Below are positions 60,240 to 64,000 of a DNA stretch of 64,000 bases, piece after piece. Origin of the DNA: Eledone cirrhosa (lineage: Eukaryota); the NCBI GenBank assembly GCA_964016885.1, contig OZ024740.1, forward strand, positions 16,120,001 through 16,184,000. Reading direction: 5' to 3'. How positions within the stretch are numbered: position 1 is the stretch's first letter; each line of letters begins with the position of its first letter. The notes below the pieces were generated by a model. It had not been told where the DNA came from and searched no databases. It saw nothing but the letters and a program-made list of their open reading frames with translations. A program made the position numbers and the translations under genes.

Positions 60240-63200
60240 TGGACAGCAGAAGGTCTTCAGAGAAGAAACTCTTAGGAGAGCTGGATAGCAGAAGGTCTTC
60301 AGAGAAGAAACTCTCGGGAGAGCTGGACAGCAGAAGGTCTTTAGAGAAGAAACTCTCAGGGGAGCTGGATAGCAGAAGGTCTTCAGAGAAGAAACTTTCG
60401 GGAGAGCTGGACAGCAGAAGGTCTTCAGAGAAGAAACTCTCAGGAGAGCTGGACAGCAGAAGGTCTTTAGAGAAGAAACTCTCAGGATAGCTAGACAGAA
60501 GAAGGTCTTCAGAGAAGAAACTCTCAGGAGAGCTGGACAGCAGAAGGTCTTCAGAGAAGAAACTCTCAGGAGAGCTGGACAGTAGAAGGTCTTTAGAGAA
60601 GAAACTCTCAGGAGAGCGAGACAGCAGAATGTCTTCAGAGAAGAAACTCTCCGGAGAGCTGGACAGCAGAAGGTCTTCAGAGGAGAAATTCTGAGGAGAA
60701 CTGGACAGCAGAAGGTCTTCAGAGAAGAAACTCTGAGAAGGGTTGTACAGTAGGTCTTCAGAGAAGAAACTCTCAGGAGAGCTGGACAACAGAAGGTCTT
60801 CAGAGAAGAAACTCTCAGGAGAGCTGGTCAGCAGAAGGTCTTCAGAGAAGAAACTCTTAGGAGAGCTGGATAGTAGAAGGTCTTCAGAGAAGAAACTCTC
60901 GGGAGAGCTGGAGAGCAGAAGGTCTTTAGATAACAAACTCTCAGGAGAGCTGGACAGCAGAAGGTCTTCAGAGAAGAAACTCTCAGGAGAGCTGGACAGC
61001 AGAAGGTCTTCAGAGAAGAAACTCTCAGGAGAGCTGGACAGCAGAAGGTCTTCAGAAAAGAAACTCTCAGGAGAGCTAGACAGCAGAAGGTCTTCAGAGA
61101 AGAAACTCTCACGAGAGCTGGACAGCAGAAGGTCTTCAGAGGAGAAGCTCTGAGGAGAGCTGGACAGCAGAAGGTCTTCAGAGAAGAAACTCTGAGGAGA
61201 GCTGGACAGCAGAAGGTCTTCAGAGAAGAAACTCTGAGGAGAGCTGTGCAGTAGGTCTTCAGAGAAGAAACTCTTAGGAGAGCTGGACAGCAGAAGGTCT
61301 TCAGAGAAGAAACTCTGAGAAGAGCTGTGCAGTAGGTCTTCAGAGAAGAAACTCTTAGGAGAGCTGGACAGCAGAAGGTCTTCAGAGAAGAAACTCTCAG
61401 GAGAGCTGGACAGTAGAAGGTCTTCAGAGAAGAAACTGTCAGGAGAGCTGGACAGCAGAAGGTCTTCAGAGAAGAATCTCTCAGGAGTACTGGACAGCAG
61501 AAGGTCTTCGGAGAAGAAACTCTCGGGAGAGTTGGACAGCAGAAGGTCTTCAGAGAAGAAACTCTCAGGAGAGCTAGACAGCAGAAGGTCTTCAGAGATG
61601 AAACTGTCAGGAGAGCTGGACAGTAGGTCTTCAGAGAAGAAACTCTCGGGAGAGCTGCACAGCAGAAGGTCTTTAGAGAAGAAACTCTCAGGAGAGCTGG
61701 ACATCAGAAGGTCTTCAGAAAAGAAACTGTCAGGAGACCTGGACAGCAGAAGGTCTTTAGAGAAGAAACTCTCAGGAGAGCTGAACAGCAGAAGGTCTTT
61801 AGAGAAGAAACTCTCAGGAGAGCTGGACAGCAGAAGGTCTTCAGAGAAGAAACTGTCAGGAGCGCTGCACAGCAGAAGGTCTTTAAAGAAGAAACTCTCA
61901 GGAGAGCTGGACAGCAGAAGGTCTTCAGAAAAGAAACTCTCAGGAGAGCTAGACAGCAGAAGGTCTTCAGAGAAGAAACTCTCACGAGAGCTGGACAGCA
62001 GAGGGTCTTCAGAGGAGAAGCTCTCGGGAGAGCTGTACAGCAGAAGGTCTTCAGAGAAGAAACTCTCAGGAGAGCTGGACAGCAGAAGGTCTTCAGAGAA
62101 GAAACTCTTAGGAGAGCTGGATAGCAGAAGGTCTTCAGAGAAGAAACTCTCGGGAGAGCTGGACAGCAGAAGGTCTTTAGAGAAGAAACTATCAGGGGAG
62201 CTGGATAGCAGAAGGTCTTCAGAGAAGAAACTTTCGGGAGAGCTGGACAGCAGAAGGTCTTCAGAGAAGAAACTCTCAGGAGAGCTGGACAGCAGAAGGT
62301 CTTTAGAGAAGAAACTCTCAGGATAGCTAGACAGAAGAAGGTCTTCAGAGAAGAAACTCTCAGGAGAGCTGGACAGCAGAAGGTCTTCAGAGAAGAAACT
62401 CTCAGGAGAGCTGGACAGTAGAAGGTCTTTAGAGAAGAAACTCTCAGGAGAGCGAGACAGCAGAATGTCTTCAGAGAAGAAACTCTCCGGAGAGCTGGAC
62501 AGCAGAAGGTCTTCAGAGGAGAAATTCTGAGGAGAACTGGACAGCAGAAGGTCTTCAGAGAAGAAACTCTGAGAAGGGTTGTACAGTAGGTCTTCAGAGA
62601 AGAAACTCTCAGGAGAGCTGGACAACAGAAGGTCTTCAGAGAAGAAACTCTCAGGAGAGCTGGTCAGCAGAAGGTCTTCAGAGAAGAAACTCTTAGGAGA
62701 GCTGGATAGTAGAAGGTCTTCAGAGAAGAAACTCTCGGGAGAGCTGGAGAGCAGAAGGTCTTTAGATAAGAAACTCTCAGGAGAGCTGGACAGCAGAAGG
62801 TCTTCAGAGAAGAAACTCTCAGGAGAGCTGGACAGCAGAAGGTCTTCAGAGAAGAAACTCTCAGGAGAGCTGGACAGCAGAAGGTCTTCAGAAAAGAAAC
62901 TCTCAGGAGAGCTAGACAGCAGAAGGTCTTCAGAGAAGAAACTCTCACGAGAGCTGGACAGCAGAAGGTCTTCAGAGGAGAAGCTCTGAGGAGAGCTGGA
63001 CAGCAGAAGGTCTTCAGAGAAGAAACTCTGAGGAGAGCTGGACAGCAGAAGGTCTTCAGAGAAGAAACTCTGAGGAGAGCTGTGCAGTAGGTCTTCAGAG
63101 AAGAAACTCTTAGGAGAGCTGGACAGCAGAAGGTCTTCAGAGAAGAAACTCTGAGGAGAGCTGTGCAGTAGGTCTTCAGAGAAGAAACTCTTAGAAGAGC

Positions 63201-63700
63201 TGGACAGCAGAAGGTCTTCAGAGAAGAAACTCTCAGGAGAGCTGGACAGTAGAAGGTCTTCAGAGAAGAAACTGTCAGGAGAGCTGGACAGCAGAAGGTC
63301 TTCAGAGAAGAATCTCTCAGGAGTACTGGACAGCAGAAGGTCTTCGGAGAAGAAACTCTCGGGAGAGTTGGACAGCAGAAGGTCTTCAGAGAAGAAACTC
63401 TCAGGAGAGCTAGACAGCAGAAGGTCTTCAGAGATGAAACTGTCAGGAGAGCTGGACAGTAGGTCTTCAGAGAAGAAACTCTCGGGAGAGCTGCACAGCA
63501 GAAGGTCTTTAGAGAAGAAACTCTCAGGAGAGCTGGACATCAGAAGGTCTTCAGAAAAGAAACTGTCAGGAGACCTGGACAGCAGAAGGTCTTTAGAGAA
63601 GAAACTCTCAGGAGAGCTGAACAGCAGAAGGTCTTTAGAGAAGAAACTCTCAGGAGAGCTGGACAGCAGAAGGTCTTCAGAAAAGAAACTCTCAGGAGAG
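60240..63700 (+). repeat. Tandem duplication, period 1836 bp (44 monomers)
   Basis: ORF pairs 60743/62579, 60828/62664 and 61532/63368 are offset 1836; markers GAGCGAGAC, GAAGGGTTGTAC, GGAGTACTGG; 1836 = 44x42-12. Confidence 0.92.
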
Positions 63701-64000
63701 CTAGACAGCAGAAGGTCTTCAGAGAAGAAACTCTCACGAGAGCTGGACAGCAGAAGGTCTTCAGAGGAGAAGCTCTCGGGAGAGCTGGACAGCAGAAGGT
63801 CTTCAGAGAAGAAACTCTCAGGAGAGCTGGACAGCAGAAGGTCTTCAGAGAAGAAACTGTCAGGAGAGCTGGACAGCGGAAGGTCTTCAAAGAAGAAACT
63901 CTCAGGAGAGCTGAACAGCAGAAAGTCTTTAGAGAAGAAACTCTCAGGAGAGCTAGACAGCAGAAGGTCTTCAGAGAAGAAACTGTCATGAGAGCTGGAC

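Larger units (their letters stand above)
1..64000 (+). repeat. 42-bp tandem satellite array, single orientation, ~1,500 monomers, truncated at both window edges
   Basis: Consensus CAGCAGAAGGTCTTCAGAGAAGAAACTCTCAGGAGAGCTGGA (exact copy at 3-44) recurs continuously, typically with only a few substitutions per unit. Recurrent 39-bp (AGA lost) and 40-bp (CT lost) units. All six-frame ORFs show the same 14-aa periodicity. Confidence 0.99.

Noticed and set aside
177-63991. ORF-track entries as protein-coding genes
   Set aside because: All are 14-aa periodic translations overlapping in up to five frames, with no unique domain. They begin and end at repeat variants, and stops and frameshifts are propagated by duplication.
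1-64000. CRISPR array
   Set aside because: Units are directly adjacent with no unique spacers, no leader and no cas genes.
1-64000. Transposon, tRNA/rRNA, telomeric repeat or G-quadruplex tract embedded in the array
   Set aside because: No non-satellite stretch was seen on read-through, there are no TTAGGG-type units, and G runs are mostly only 2-3 nt and sparse.

Overview
The whole 64-kb window is one uninterrupted, head-to-tail tandem array of a 42-bp satellite monomer (consensus CAGCAGAAGGTCTTCAGAGAAGAAACTCTCAGGAGAGCTGGA, e.g. 3-44; 50% GC, 28/42 purines on +; roughly 1,500 copies). Both array ends lie outside the window. I see no unique sequence, inversion, transposon, RNA gene or credible protein-coding gene. 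Every listed ORF is a translation of the repeat (42 = 14 codons; 5 of 6 frames of the consensus have no stop). The information lies in the variants. (i) Nested higher-order repeats (HORs) run from 81-82 bp through 207, 543, 1005, 1332, 1836, 1914 and ~3.0-3.5 kb up to three ~9-11 kb copies in the centre, whose duplication history can be reconstructed. (ii) The monomer is tiled by short dyads whose centres are spaced 10/11/21 bp. (iii) CAG>TAG changes recur on both strands, and several variants perfect local palindromes. This is most consistent with eukaryotic heterochromatic satellite DNA from a long-read assembly. I cannot name the family or organism, and I found no evidence for a protein-based system. 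Offsets come from hand alignment of marker variants and the ORF track; breakpoints are approximate (about one monomer).
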